NCBI GenBank assembly: GCA_965223325.1
Contig: CBDCWI010000002.1
Location: forward strand, 448,001-512,000
From: Candidatus Multivoradales bacterium
GTDB taxonomy: Bacteria; Acidobacteriota; Thermoanaerobaculia; Multivoradales; Multivoraceae
Direction: 5' to 3'
DNA: 64,000 nt
Position numbers and translations under genes: made by a program. This document shows positions 32,845-42,554 of this stretch, piece after piece. Below the pieces are notes generated by a model. That model saw only the letters and a program-made list of their open reading frames with translations, was not told the origin of the DNA and searched no databases. Positions within the stretch are counted from its first letter, which is position 1, and every line of letters begins with the position of its first letter.

Positions 32845-35474
32845 TGCGCGCTCGCCGTACCCACCTCAGCGAGCCAGTCGGCGAAGTTCTCGGCCCGCTT
32901 CGTTGTCACCTCGTAGCGCGGGATTCGCATCGCATCGACCCCAGCCGCGACTCCCGCTTCGCCGACCGTCAACGCAAAACGAAAGCCCGCCCGTTGGGCG
33001 ATCTCGACCGCTTGCGGCGAGCAGGCCCCGAAGGGCCAGGCGAGCACCTGGACCGGCCGACCGAGGAGCAGTTCGAGATCGATGCGATTCGACGCGATTT
33101 CGTCAATCACCCGGTGAGGCGGGACATGCCGCAGGTCGAGATGCGAGCGGGTGTGGGCAGCGATCTCGAGCCCCGGTAGGCGGTCGAGCTCCTGCAGCTG
33201 GGAAGGCGTGAGTACCCGGTCCAGGTCTTCGAGCCGTTCACACCCCAGTAGCCCTCTACCTGCGAGCACCCGCTCTTGATCGAAGCCATCGAGCAGAGGT
33301 AGCACTTGGGACAGCTCCGCCACGTGCTCTTCGCTGAGCCCTCGCCTCGTCGCGGCCCTGGCCAGACGGTCCCACCAGAATGCCGGGTCATGCTCGTTCC
33401 AGCTTCGCGAGGTTGCAAAGAAGGTGGCGGGAAACCCGCGCTCGACGAGCTCGGGCGCGGCCCATTCGAGACTGTCGCCACAACAGTCGTCAAACGTCAG
33501 GCACACGATCGGCTTGTCGTTCGGGCTCGTCAACTCGCCCTTCGAGATGCCTTCTAGAAGGGTTCCCAGGCCGAGAACCGCGTACTCGCGCGCCAGCAGA
33601 TCGAGATGTTCGGCGAACTTCTCCGGGGCAACGGCGAGCTCGGCAACCGGCGCCGTGGCCGCTTCCATGACCCGGTGGTAGCAGAGGACGCGCGGAGGCT
33701 TCTGCGGCCAACTCCCGGTCTTCTTCCTCGGCCTTCGAAGAGCGGCCGCTTCGCCACTGTGAATCTTCGCGGTCACCACCGAGAGCGTCGGGAAGGAAGG
33801 GTCGCAATAGATGTGACCGGCCGGCGAGAGCGCTTCCGGACCAAGACCGCACAGCGCCAGAGTCGAGGTCTGCAGGTTGCCGATGCCCCGTGCGTTGACA
33901 TCGGCCTCGGGCAGGATCGCTTCGACGAGGCGGCGCAAGCCGCCCGGCACCAAGCGCCACAGATCGGCCGATGAGACGGCGCGAGCGGTTGCAACCGCCG
34001 AGAGCACCAGCAACCCGTCGCAGCGGAGCGCCCGGTAGAGGCTACGGATGGCGCCGTCGAGATCGCCCGCACGGTTGAGAACCTCCCAGGCAAAGATCAC
34101 GTCGTAGCTGCCTTCGGTGATCTCCGCCAGGCGCTGATCGAGCATCTCCGGCGCCTCCTCGTCGTCAACGGCGAGATGGTCGAGGCACTCCAACTGCCCT
34201 CCTTCACTCCCCAACCGTGCCCCGAGCGGCGCGGCCACACTCGCTTCACCGATCTCGAGCCATCTCGATCCCGGCTGATCACGCAGCGCGCCGGCGAGCG
34301 CCGGGCAGGAAAGGAACTGCTGGCGGCACCAGCGCACCATCGCTCCGGGGTCGCAGGCGGAACCGGCGCGCTCTGCCGCCCAACGTAGCGAGCCAACGTC
34401 GAGGGGAGCGACCGGAGGGTCCGAAGCGGCGAGCCTCTGCTTGGCCAGGTCGATGCGCTCCAGGAGGGCCTGGCGCGCGCGCTCTGCCTCGGCGATCTCG
34501 GCGACCACCTCAGCGGCTCGGGCCTCGTAGGTGAAGCGCGCGGCGTCGGCGCTTCGCACCGCCTCAGCGATCGAGTCGCCAACCGGCACTGGCGCGCGAG
34601 CCGGTCCTCTAGCTCGCGGCGGCGCAGCCTTCGAGCCCCGTTGGCCCCGAGCATCGACCGGCTTGTGGGCGCGTACCCCCAACACCAAAGGGCACAAGGC
34701 GGCTGTGCGCTCGAAGTCCGCCGGCGGAACGTCGGCGTCCGCGAGGCCAAAGAGAAAGGCCATCGCCAGCCAGGTGTCTCCAAACGCGGTGACATCGAAG
34801 CAACCGCCCGGAAAGTGCCTCGTCATGAGCCTTCGTGCTCCGGCTCCCGTGAATCGCCAGCAGTCCTGGTCGAGGTCGTACTCGGGCGGCAATCGGCTGG
34901 CCGTGGGCAGAGTCAGAAGGAGAACCCCTCCCGGTGCGAGCAAACGCCAGCTCTCGGCCAGGGCGCGTTCGATGTCGGGAATCAAGAACAAAACCTGGGT
35001 GAACACCAGGCAGTCGTAGGACCCGCCAGGCACCTGATCGGCCGCGGTCAGATCGGCGATCCAGGTGGCCCGCGGGTTCTCTGGATCGATATCGAGCACG
35101 TCGCTGGTGGTCACCTCGCCGTCGGAGTAGCGCTCGGTGTATACGCGGTCCTCGATCTCGAGCACCCGGCCACGAATGTCGCTACGGTTTCGCTCGAGGA
35201 AGCCTTCGATATAGACCCGATCGAGCGGGCGCCCACGCTCGAGGCCCCACTGATCGCTGAATGGGCTCAGCCGGTCAAAGTCTCCCCAGAAGAATCCTCG
35301 TGGGCGGCCGCCTTCGGCGAGATCCCGCTCGCGCGCCTGGCTTGCCGCCTCGGTCTCAGCGACCTGTGCCTGGCCGCGCCGCCGCAGCTCGAGGTCCTGC
35401 TGGCGCCTGAGCGCCGCTCTCGTCCGCTCATCGGCAGAGCGAAGAGCCGCGTGCACGCCCCCAATGCCGTTCAT
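32841..35474 (-). CDS. Fusion: class I SAM methyltransferase + second (divergent) methyltransferase + NodB-type polysaccharide deacetylase
   Basis: RGRPLDRVYIE..IRGRVLEI, YDCLVFTQV, LAPGGVLL; second domain WLEIG..YDVIF..L..DGLL; C-terminal LCYHRV, TFDD, HTRSH, AWPFG, IPR. ATGA overlap with upstream gene at 35471-35474. Confidence 0.8.
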   Translation of the reverse strand: MNGIGGVHAALRSADERTRAALRRQQDLELRRRGQAQVAETEAASQARERDLAEGGRPRGFFWGDFDRLSPFSDQWGLERGRPLDRVYIEGFLERNRSDIRGRVLEIEDRVYTERYSDGEVTTSDVLDIDPENPRATWIADLTAADQVPGGSYDCLVFTQVLFLIPDIERALAESWRLLAPGGVLLLTLPTASRLPPEYDLDQDCWRFTGAGARRLMTRHFPGGCFDVTAFGDTWLAMAFLFGLADADVPPADFERTAALCPLVLGVRAHKPVDARGQRGSKAAPPRARGPARAPVPVGDSIAEAVRSADAARFTYEARAAEVVAEIAEAERARQALLERIDLAKQRLAASDPPVAPLDVGSLRWAAERAGSACDPGAMVRWCRQQFLSCPALAGALRDQPGSRWLEIGEASVAAPLGARLGSEGGQLECLDHLAVDDEEAPEMLDQRLAEITEGSYDVIFAWEVLNRAGDLDGAIRSLYRALRCDGLLVLSAVATARAVSSADLWRLVPGGLRRLVEAILPEADVNARGIGNLQTSTLALCGLGPEALSPAGHIYCDPSFPTLSVVTAKIHSGEAAALRRPRKKTGSWPQKPPRVLCYHRVMEAATAPVAELAVAPEKFAEHLDLLAREYAVLGLGTLLEGISKGELTSPNDKPIVCLTFDDCCGDSLEWAAPELVERGFPATFFATSRSWNEHDPAFWWDRLARAATRRGLSEEHVAELSQVLPLLDGFDQERVLAGRGLLGCERLEDLDRVLTPSQLQELDRLPGLEIAAHTRSHLDLRHVPPHRVIDEIASNRIDLELLLGRPVQVLAWPFGACSPQAVEIAQRAGFRFALTVGEAGVAAGVDAMRIPRYEVTTKRAENFADWLAEVGTASAH

Positions 35475-36595
35475 CGTGCCGCAGGTTCCCGCGCGCCCTG
35501 CCTGCGGTGCTCGACATGCGTCGCCACTTCGCTCGCTGGTGAGCGCCGTTTCAGGAACCAACCCAGGATCCGGCGCAGCGGTCGCGTGATGCGCCAACTC
35601 CACGACCCGCGAAGAGCGTCGCGCTCGGAAGCGACCCGCGCCAGCGATTCCTCAAGGCTAGCGAGGCGTGCCTCCAGGTCGTAGCGAAAAGAGTCCTCGG
35701 CGGCTGCGGCCGCTACGCGTCGTCGTGTGCCGCTGTGTGAGCGCGCCTCCTCGACCTTGCGCTCGAGCCGTGCCGCTTCGAGCGCCAACAGACGATTGCC
35801 GGGATCGAGCAGGTCGTCGAGCCGACTCTCGAGCAGGAGGTTCTGCGCCTCGATCGCCTCCAGCTCAGCCGCCTTGAGTTCCAGGACCTGCCCGAGGTGG
35901 CGTTCGAACACCGGACGGTGCTTCTGGATCATGTAGCCCATCAGGATCTCGTGCCCCTCCTCCGAGCAACAGCGATCACTCATCGAGCCGGTGCGCCGGC
36001 GGTAGTCGAACAACACCTCCGGCAGGATCACGCCCTCGCCGCCCTGGGCGACCAGCCGCAGCCAGAACTCCCAGTCCTCGTACCCCATTTCGGGCATCGA
36101 CTCATCGAAGCCACCAACCCGGTCGAACGCGCTACGCCGCACCAGCGCTGCCGTACAAACCGTGCACTCAGCGAGCAGCTGCACGACGTCACAGGCCGTG
36201 GGCGACCACACCACATCCAAATCACCGAAGTTCTGCAGCCAGAACGACACGAAGGCTGGCTCGTCCGGCCCTTCGATCGCGCCAAGCGTCTTCTCGATCA
36301 TTGCGGGGCGCAAAAGGTCGTCGGCGTCGAGAAACGTCAGGAAAGGGGCCGTGGTCTCGCGGGCTCCGCGGTTGCGGGCCGCCGCCAGGCCGCGGTTCGG
36401 CGTTCTGACCACCCGGGTGCGCGGGTAGGTCAGCCCTTCGAGCAGCTCACGAGTGGCCGGGTCGTTGGAGCCGTCATCGACGACGACGACTTCGAAGTCC
36501 TCAAAGGTCTGCGCCATGACGCTCGCGAGGGTCTCTTCGAGGTACCTCCCGAGGTTGTAGCACGGAACGACGACGGCGACGCGCGGGCTCGTCAT
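35471..36595 (-). CDS. GT2 glycosyltransferase with short C-terminal coiled coil and SWSWRITRPLR motif
   Basis: VVVPCYN, VVDDGS, FLDADD, GYEDWEFW; ATGA overlap with wzt. Confidence 0.9.
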   Translation of the reverse strand: MTSPRVAVVVPCYNLGRYLEETLASVMAQTFEDFEVVVVDDGSNDPATRELLEGLTYPRTRVVRTPNRGLAAARNRGARETTAPFLTFLDADDLLRPAMIEKTLGAIEGPDEPAFVSFWLQNFGDLDVVWSPTACDVVQLLAECTVCTAALVRRSAFDRVGGFDESMPEMGYEDWEFWLRLVAQGGEGVILPEVLFDYRRRTGSMSDRCCSEEGHEILMGYMIQKHRPVFERHLGQVLELKAAELEAIEAQNLLLESRLDDLLDPGNRLLALEAARLERKVEEARSHSGTRRRVAAAAAEDSFRYDLEARLASLEESLARVASERDALRGSWSWRITRPLRRILGWFLKRRSPASEVATHVEHRRQGAREPAAR

Positions 36596-37386
36596 GCCGG
36601 AACCAGGGGAGCGTCTTCGGGCATCGCCTCTGGCGGTGCCTTTACCGGGCCGGGCTCGCAACCCTCGAGCTCGAGATAGGCGTCGACGACTTCGCTGGCG
36701 GTGCCCTCTGCCACGATGCGACCCGACTCGAGTAGCAGGCCGCGGTCGCAGAACTCGCGGATCAGAGGATAGGCGTGGCTCACCAGGATGATCGTGTGCC
36801 CCTCAGCCTGGAGCTCGCGGAACCTCGCCTTGCAACGCTCTTTGAAAGCAGCGTCGCCAACCGCGAAGATCTCGTCGAGAACCAGAATGTGCCGCACCGC
36901 GCGGAAGGCGACCGCATAGGCCAGGCGGGCCGACATACCGCTCGAGAAGTGGCGCAGCGGCATGCGGGCAAAGCGATGTAGGCCAGCGAACTCGAGAACC
37001 TCGTCCAGCACTCCGCCGATCTCTGACAGGGTCAAACCCATGATTCCACCCAGCAGATACACGTTGTCGATGGCGTCGAGCTCCGGGTTCCAGCCGACTC
37101 CGAGCTCGAGAATCGGCGTGATTGCCTCTTCGCACACCACCCGCCCCTCGTCTGGCGCGTAAATACCCGAAATGATCTTCAGCAGGGTCGATTTGCCGCA
37201 GCCGTTGCGACCCATGATGCCGAGCGTTTCGCCGCGCTCGACTCTGAAGTCGACGCCATCGAGCACCGTCAGGGTCTCGCGTGGGCGTGGCCTGAACAGA
37301 TTCAGGGCATGCGCCCGCAGCGTGTCCCGCCGAGTGGACGGGATGATGAACTTCTTCGACAGCCCGCGGACTTCGATCATCGCCAT
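36592..37386 (-). CDS. wzt: Polysaccharide ABC exporter ATP-binding subunit (no C-terminal carbohydrate-binding domain)
   Basis: GRNGCGKST Walker A, FSSGM signature, LVLDE..AVGD, LVSH. Confidence 0.92.
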   Translation of the reverse strand: MAMIEVRGLSKKFIIPSTRRDTLRAHALNLFRPRPRETLTVLDGVDFRVERGETLGIMGRNGCGKSTLLKIISGIYAPDEGRVVCEEAITPILELGVGWNPELDAIDNVYLLGGIMGLTLSEIGGVLDEVLEFAGLHRFARMPLRHFSSGMSARLAYAVAFRAVRHILVLDEIFAVGDAAFKERCKARFRELQAEGHTIILVSHAYPLIREFCDRGLLLESGRIVAEGTASEVVDAYLELEGCEPGPVKAPPEAMPEDAPLVPA

Positions 37387-37395
37387 ACCTCTGCC

Positions 37396-38196
37396 TCAGA
37401 GCTCCTGAATCGCGCGTTTCGAGTGGCGCCAGAAGAGCCATCCACCAACCGCGAGAATCACCGATGCCTCGAGAGCCAGGAGACCATGGGCGCGCGCCGA
37501 CGGGATGGTACCCATCACGAGGACCTCACGCGAGAACTGGATGATGGGCGTCGGAAGCCACATGTAGAGAAGAATGTGAAAGCGCTCCGGCAGAATGTCG
37601 AGCGGAAAGATGATCGGTGCCACGAAGAAGCCGGCCTGCAGAACGACCTCCCAGACCTCGTTGAGGTCGCGATAGCGCAGAAAAAGCACACTGGCGCCGA
37701 GCGAGAAGCCACAGACGATCAGGACGTACATGGCGAGGTAGAAGAAGAACAACGCCACCTGGAGCAGTGACGGGATGAAACCGAAAGCCGCCAGGAAGCC
37801 GAAGATAACGACCGAGAACACGGCGAGCGTGATCAGCGGATTCGACATCGACGTGAGCACGATGACCCAGGTTGGGAACTTCGCCTTGGTCAGAAGAAAA
37901 CTCTTCGAGTGCAGAGACCGCAAGCCCGATTTGGTCCCCTCGGCGAAGAAGTCCCACAGGAAGAGGCCGATGATGAGGTCGAACTTGTATCGCGGCTCGG
38001 AAGCGAAGATGTAGGAGAACACTCCCAGAAGCACCGCGAACATGAGGCTCGGTTTGAGCAGTGCCCACACGAAACCACCGATGGTTCCGTGGTAGCGGGT
38101 CTTGAAGTCGGTGCGAATGAGAGTCCAGATCAGCCCGCGCAGGTATCCGCGACGGTCGACCGGCATCTCTTCGGGCGTTGTGGCCGCAATCGTCAT
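37396..38196 (-). CDS. wzm: Polysaccharide ABC exporter permease
   Basis: DFKTRYHGT.GG.W.LL.P, RYRD..EVW, F..PI.FP; about 6 TM helices; adjacent to wzt. Confidence 0.92.
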   Translation of the reverse strand: MTIAATTPEEMPVDRRGYLRGLIWTLIRTDFKTRYHGTIGGFVWALLKPSLMFAVLLGVFSYIFASEPRYKFDLIIGLFLWDFFAEGTKSGLRSLHSKSFLLTKAKFPTWVIVLTSMSNPLITLAVFSVVIFGFLAAFGFIPSLLQVALFFFYLAMYVLIVCGFSLGASVLFLRYRDLNEVWEVVLQAGFFVAPIIFPLDILPERFHILLYMWLPTPIIQFSREVLVMGTIPSARAHGLLALEASVILAVGGWLFWRHSKRAIQEL

Positions 38197-40652
38197 CAGC
38201 GCGCTGACCCTTCGTCAGGCCCCTCGGGTCGCTCGCTTCCGACGCGCGAACCGACTCTCAGAAAGCGCGTCCAGCGCCAGCTGCGCGACTGGCGGATCTC
38301 GGCCAGACGGGTTTCTGCAGCAACCGCTGCCGCCTGCAGCGAGTGGGAAACCTCTTGCGCCTCGCGCGCCTCGACCGCGAGTGACGCGAGACGTTGTTGG
38401 AGTACCGCGACTTCCCGGTCCCGTTCTGCAAGCGCGCGGCGAGCGGCGTCGCGATGCTGGTTGGCCGTATCGAGCTCCTGGTGGAGCCGCCCCGCCTCGC
38501 GTTGCGTCTCGTCGAGACGTTGGGCATAGCTCGCGACCTCCTGGTCACGCGACGCCAGCGCTGAGCGGGCATCTTCGAGAGCCCGATGGGCACCGTCGAG
38601 GTCGCGGTGGAGACCATCACGTTCCCTGGAAACGCTGTCGAGTGCGGCGTGGAGTCTCTCCGCCTCGCGTTGCGCCTCGTCGAGGCGCTGTGGGTAAGCT
38701 GACACTTCCTGGTCACGCACCGCCAGCTCTGCGCGCGCATCCTCGAGTGCCCGATTGACCCCGTCGAGCTCCTGGTGGAGAGCATCGCGCTCCTTGGAAA
38801 CGCCGTCGAGCTCCGCCGGAAGTCGCTGGGCCTCGCGTTGCGCCTCGTCGAGGCGTTGTGTGGCGTCTCTGACCTCCTGGTCACGCACCGCCAGCTCTGC
38901 GCGCGCATCCTCGAGTGCCCGGTTGACCCCGTCGAGCTCCTGGTGGAGAGCATCGCGCTCCTTGGAAACGCTGTCGAGCTCCGCCGGAAGTCGCTGGGCC
39001 TCGCGTTGCGCCTCGTCGAGGCGTTGTGTGGCGTCTCTGACCTCCTGGTCACGCACCGCCAGCTCTGCGCGCGCATCCTCGAGTGCCCGATTGACCCCGT
39101 CGAGCTCCTGGTGGAGAGCATCGCGCTCTTTGGAAACGCTGTCGAGCTTCGCCGGAAGTCGCTGGGCCTCGCGTTGCGCCTCGTCGAGCCGTTGTGTGGC
39201 GTCTCTGACCTCCTGGTCACGCACCGCCAGCTTCGAGCGCGCATCTTCGAGGGCCCGATTGACACCGTCGAGCTCCTGGTGGAGAGCATCGCGCTCTTTG
39301 GAAACGCTGTCGAGCTCGTCGTGGAGTTGCTGGGCCTCGCGTTGCGCCTCGTCGAGGCGTTGATTGGCGTCAGCAACGTCCTGGTCACGCGACGCGATCT
39401 CTGAGCGTTCATCCTCGAGAGCGCTATTGGCACTGTCGAGCTGCTGGTGCAAAGCATCGAGTTCCTTCGCAAGACCCAAGAGCGCGGTGTTGTGCTTCGC
39501 CTCCAGAGTCTCCACAGCCGTATGGCTCTCGTCGAGCTGGCCATGCAGCTCTTCGAACTCTGCGTTGCGCTCTGCCAGCTCGGCGCGCACCGAAGCGAGG
39601 TCCTGCGCTGCTCGATCGAGCTCTGCATGCAGAGAGGCGTTCTCTTGATCGCGTTCTGCAAGCCGGGTGTGAAGTCTAGCTCTCTCGAGGTCGCGCTGGT
39701 GCAGACGCGCCCCCTCTTCGGAAAGCGCACGGTTGGCACGATCGAGGTCACGCTCGAGTTTGGCCAGAAGACGCGCGCCGCTGTCCGCTTCAGGTGGTTT
39801 GCGTTTGCCTATTCGCTGTCGGACCGCGTCGAGAATCAACTGCACGCGCACAGCTTCCGGGTCGAAAGTGGAGAGTTCCGCCGCTTCGCGCTGCCACTCG
39901 GTCCAGGCCTGATACTGGACATGCCACCCCTCGGCCTGCTCGCTCTTCGACAGCCGCGCTTTGCGTTCGCGCTCGATCTTGCGCTCCGCGTGTGCCCGCG
40001 ATCGCACCGGATAGTGGCGAAGCAGAAAACGGATCGGAAAAACACGCCGCGACCGGAAGGTCGCTTCGTGACCACCGCTCGAGACCAGGTCGACGGTGTC
40101 GCCGAGAGGTCGTTTCCAGGCTTTGATCTGCAGCCGGTTGAAGGCCGGCGACACTTCGTAGTGGCGGTAGGCATCGCGCAGGTCCCGCGCACAACGAAAG
40201 CTCGGAGCCTCTCCCAGCCGTTCGGCGTTCTCCTCCGTCGGCCAGAAATCGAGGACCTCGAAGTCGATGGCGTTGTAGCCCGCCCCGTCGACGACTTCGA
40301 TGGCTTGCCGCAGGCTGAGGTGACTCCAGGGACTCTCGCGCAACTCGTCGGCATCGTGAGAGATGAACCAATCGCCCTCTGTCTCGTTGGCGGTTGTTTC
40401 CTTCCACTCGAGGATGTCGCGCCAGGCGCGCCGGCCGTCCGTTGGAGGGCCCAACCGCTCTACTTCGAGCATCTGGCGATCGTCGACAGTCTCTTCCGCG
40501 ATGGCCACCGTGTCGTCGGTACTGGCGTCGTCGAGCAGCCGCACAGCGATGTCCTGTTCGAAAAGATCACCGAGCGTCGCGCCAATGACGTCGGCTTCGT
40601 TGTACGCCGCAACCAACGCCATGATGCGTAGCTTTCGAGCCGGCGAGTTCAC
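38196..40652 (-). CDS. GT2-like glycosyltransferase with very long repetitive coiled coil and C-terminal SRSWRWTRFLR motif
   Basis: AAYNEAD, DDASTDDT, WFISHDADE, HY; heptad-rich region about 38290-39770; probable GTG start overlapping the upstream stop (GTGA). Confidence 0.85.
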   Translation of the reverse strand: MNSPARKLRIMALVAAYNEADVIGATLGDLFEQDIAVRLLDDASTDDTVAIAEETVDDRQMLEVERLGPPTDGRRAWRDILEWKETTANETEGDWFISHDADELRESPWSHLSLRQAIEVVDGAGYNAIDFEVLDFWPTEENAERLGEAPSFRCARDLRDAYRHYEVSPAFNRLQIKAWKRPLGDTVDLVSSGGHEATFRSRRVFPIRFLLRHYPVRSRAHAERKIERERKARLSKSEQAEGWHVQYQAWTEWQREAAELSTFDPEAVRVQLILDAVRQRIGKRKPPEADSGARLLAKLERDLDRANRALSEEGARLHQRDLERARLHTRLAERDQENASLHAELDRAAQDLASVRAELAERNAEFEELHGQLDESHTAVETLEAKHNTALLGLAKELDALHQQLDSANSALEDERSEIASRDQDVADANQRLDEAQREAQQLHDELDSVSKERDALHQELDGVNRALEDARSKLAVRDQEVRDATQRLDEAQREAQRLPAKLDSVSKERDALHQELDGVNRALEDARAELAVRDQEVRDATQRLDEAQREAQRLPAELDSVSKERDALHQELDGVNRALEDARAELAVRDQEVRDATQRLDEAQREAQRLPAELDGVSKERDALHQELDGVNRALEDARAELAVRDQEVSAYPQRLDEAQREAERLHAALDSVSRERDGLHRDLDGAHRALEDARSALASRDQEVASYAQRLDETQREAGRLHQELDTANQHRDAARRALAERDREVAVLQQRLASLAVEAREAQEVSHSLQAAAVAAETRLAEIRQSRSWRWTRFLRVGSRVGSERPEGPDEGSAR
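38450..39460. repeat. Intragenic 168-bp (56-aa, 8-heptad) tandem repeat, about 6 units
   Basis: TCCTGGTCACGC recurs at 38539, 38707, 38875, 39043, 39211 and 39379 (exact 168-bp period); central units are nearly identical at DNA level. Confidence 0.95.
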
Positions 40653-42397
40653 GAGGCCCCCGCCGCACGAACCAACGCTTCGTTGCGTGCAATGCAGTCC
40701 TCGACTCCGCGCGTCCGCGGGGCCAGCGAGCGCACCTCGTGGCAGAGCTCCAGCGCACCTGCCGGGTCGCGATCGAACTGCTCGCGTATGTAGGCCAGGC
40801 TCATTCGCGCCAGGACGTTGCCCTCGTCGGCAGCAAGCCCGAGGTCCAACCACTTCCTGGCCTCTTCCACTCGCCCGGCCATGAGCTCGAGTTTCGCCAG
40901 GTTGTTGTAAGTCCGCACATGACCAGGTTCGAGCTCGGCGACGGCCCGGAACCTTCGATAGGCACCGCGATAGTCCTCTGTTTCAGCCAGACAGATCCCC
41001 AGATTGATCTGGGCGTCCAGGTGTTCGGGATCGAGCTCGACGGCGCGCTGGTAGGCCGGAATCGCTTCTCGGACACGACCCTCTCGCTGGAGCGCGGTAC
41101 CGAGCCCGAAGTGGGCCTCTGCAACGCCGCTGGCCTGTGCCACAGCGTTGCTCCACAAACTGACCGGGTTCTGCCACACCTGGTTACGCGCGCTGGCAAG
41201 AGCCGCGAGCACCAGCACCACGACCGTTCCGAGCGTCGCAACTGGCACCAGGCCAAGACCGCGACGTTTTCCGAGCTGGAACCGTGCCTCGGCCACCAGC
41301 GTCAGCAGTAGCCCGAGGCTTGCGAGGTAGACACGGTGTTCTGCCATCAGTTCTTTGAGCGGAATCACACTCGAGGACGGGGCGAGGCAGGCAGCGAACC
41401 AGACCACCCCGAGGAGCCACCAGGGGCGCGCGCGCCGAAAACGCCACGCGACCCACAGTGTGACACCGATCGCGAGTAGGCCGATGATGACCGAAGGATC
41501 GAGGAGCCTCGTTCGATCGTCGACCGCATGGACTACCGACTGGCCGCGGGGCCAGAGCAGGAGAGCGAAGTAGCGCCACACCACTCCTATCTGGGTGAGC
41601 ACGTTGGTCGCCACCGAGCGCGGCAGGGTTCCCGCTTCCTGCAGGAGGAAGCCGCTCAGCCGTACGGCGCCGCCGGCCGCGGTCAACAAGAGAAGCGGCA
41701 GGTGGAGACGCAGCAGGCGCCGGCGCTCTCCGGCAGGAGCGATCAACAGTCGGTCCCAGGCTAGAGCGATGAGGGGAAACGCCGCCGCAGTTTCCTTAGA
41801 AGCCAGCGCCGCGATCCACGCCAACACCCAGCTCACACGCCAGGGCCAGATCGCACCGCCGCTGCTCCTGGCCCCCAGTGCATCCTGACGGAAGGACAAG
41901 AGCGCCACCAGAAAGAAGAAAGCCGCAACGCTTTCCGAGCGCCCGGTGACGTAGCTGACGCTCTCGCTCAAGAGCGGGTGCACTGCGAACACGGCGGCAC
42001 CGAAGCACGCCAGGCCGGGCCCGACCCACCCTCGGCCACGCTCCGGTTGCTCGCTCTCCCGGCGCCCGATGTCGGCAAACAGCCCCATCAGAAGCCAGAA
42101 CACCAACCCGGCGTTGGCCGCGTGCAAGACCAGATTGGTGGCGTGAAACGCGCCAGGATCTTTGCCACCGCGCAGAAAATCCGCCACGTAGGTCAGCGAA
42201 ACCATCGGCCGGAAGCGGTCGAAGTGCAGGACCGCTTGCCAATCGAGGGGGCGCTGGAGCGAAGCGTTCTCGAGCACCGTTCGGTGGTCGTCGAAGGCAA
42301 AGGGATGATCCAGGGCCCCTCGATAGACGAGGAAGACCAGAACGACCGGGGCGCAAGCGAGCGCCCAGCGGAGGGGCCTTGTAGGCGAACGGGCCAC
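40649..42397 (-). CDS. TMTC-like GT-C fold membrane glycosyltransferase with C-terminal TPRs
   Basis: Post-TM1 acidic motif FAFDD, FRP, FH..NLVLH..N, FAVHP..SESV....GRSE, SKE, AEHR.YL; about 11 TM helices then TPR repeats; AGGAG RBS. Confidence 0.8.
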   Translation of the reverse strand: MARSPTRPLRWALACAPVVLVFLVYRGALDHPFAFDDHRTVLENASLQRPLDWQAVLHFDRFRPMVSLTYVADFLRGGKDPGAFHATNLVLHAANAGLVFWLLMGLFADIGRRESEQPERGRGWVGPGLACFGAAVFAVHPLLSESVSYVTGRSESVAAFFFLVALLSFRQDALGARSSGGAIWPWRVSWVLAWIAALASKETAAAFPLIALAWDRLLIAPAGERRRLLRLHLPLLLLTAAGGAVRLSGFLLQEAGTLPRSVATNVLTQIGVVWRYFALLLWPRGQSVVHAVDDRTRLLDPSVIIGLLAIGVTLWVAWRFRRARPWWLLGVVWFAACLAPSSSVIPLKELMAEHRVYLASLGLLLTLVAEARFQLGKRRGLGLVPVATLGTVVVLVLAALASARNQVWQNPVSLWSNAVAQASGVAEAHFGLGTALQREGRVREAIPAYQRAVELDPEHLDAQINLGICLAETEDYRGAYRRFRAVAELEPGHVRTYNNLAKLELMAGRVEEARKWLDLGLAADEGNVLARMSLAYIREQFDRDPAGALELCHEVRSLAPRTRGVEDCIARNEALVRAAGAS

Positions 42398-42554
42398 TGA
42401 ATCTCCTGATTCCGGGGGACAACGTCCGAGGCAAAAGCCTCGGCGGGGGGACGAACCCGCACCACCGCAGATTCCTCAAAAAGGCTAACATAACGAGTGT
42501 ATCGAGGGAGTCGTCTCTCTCGATTCGTGCCTCTCCTTCTTCTTCTTGTGTTCT

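Noticed and set aside
38258-39751. 497-aa repetitive ORF in a second frame of the coiled-coil repeat (possible overprinting)
   Set aside because: Stop-free frames are expected when a stop-free unit is tandemly amplified; Ser/Thr/Arg-rich composition with no RBS support.
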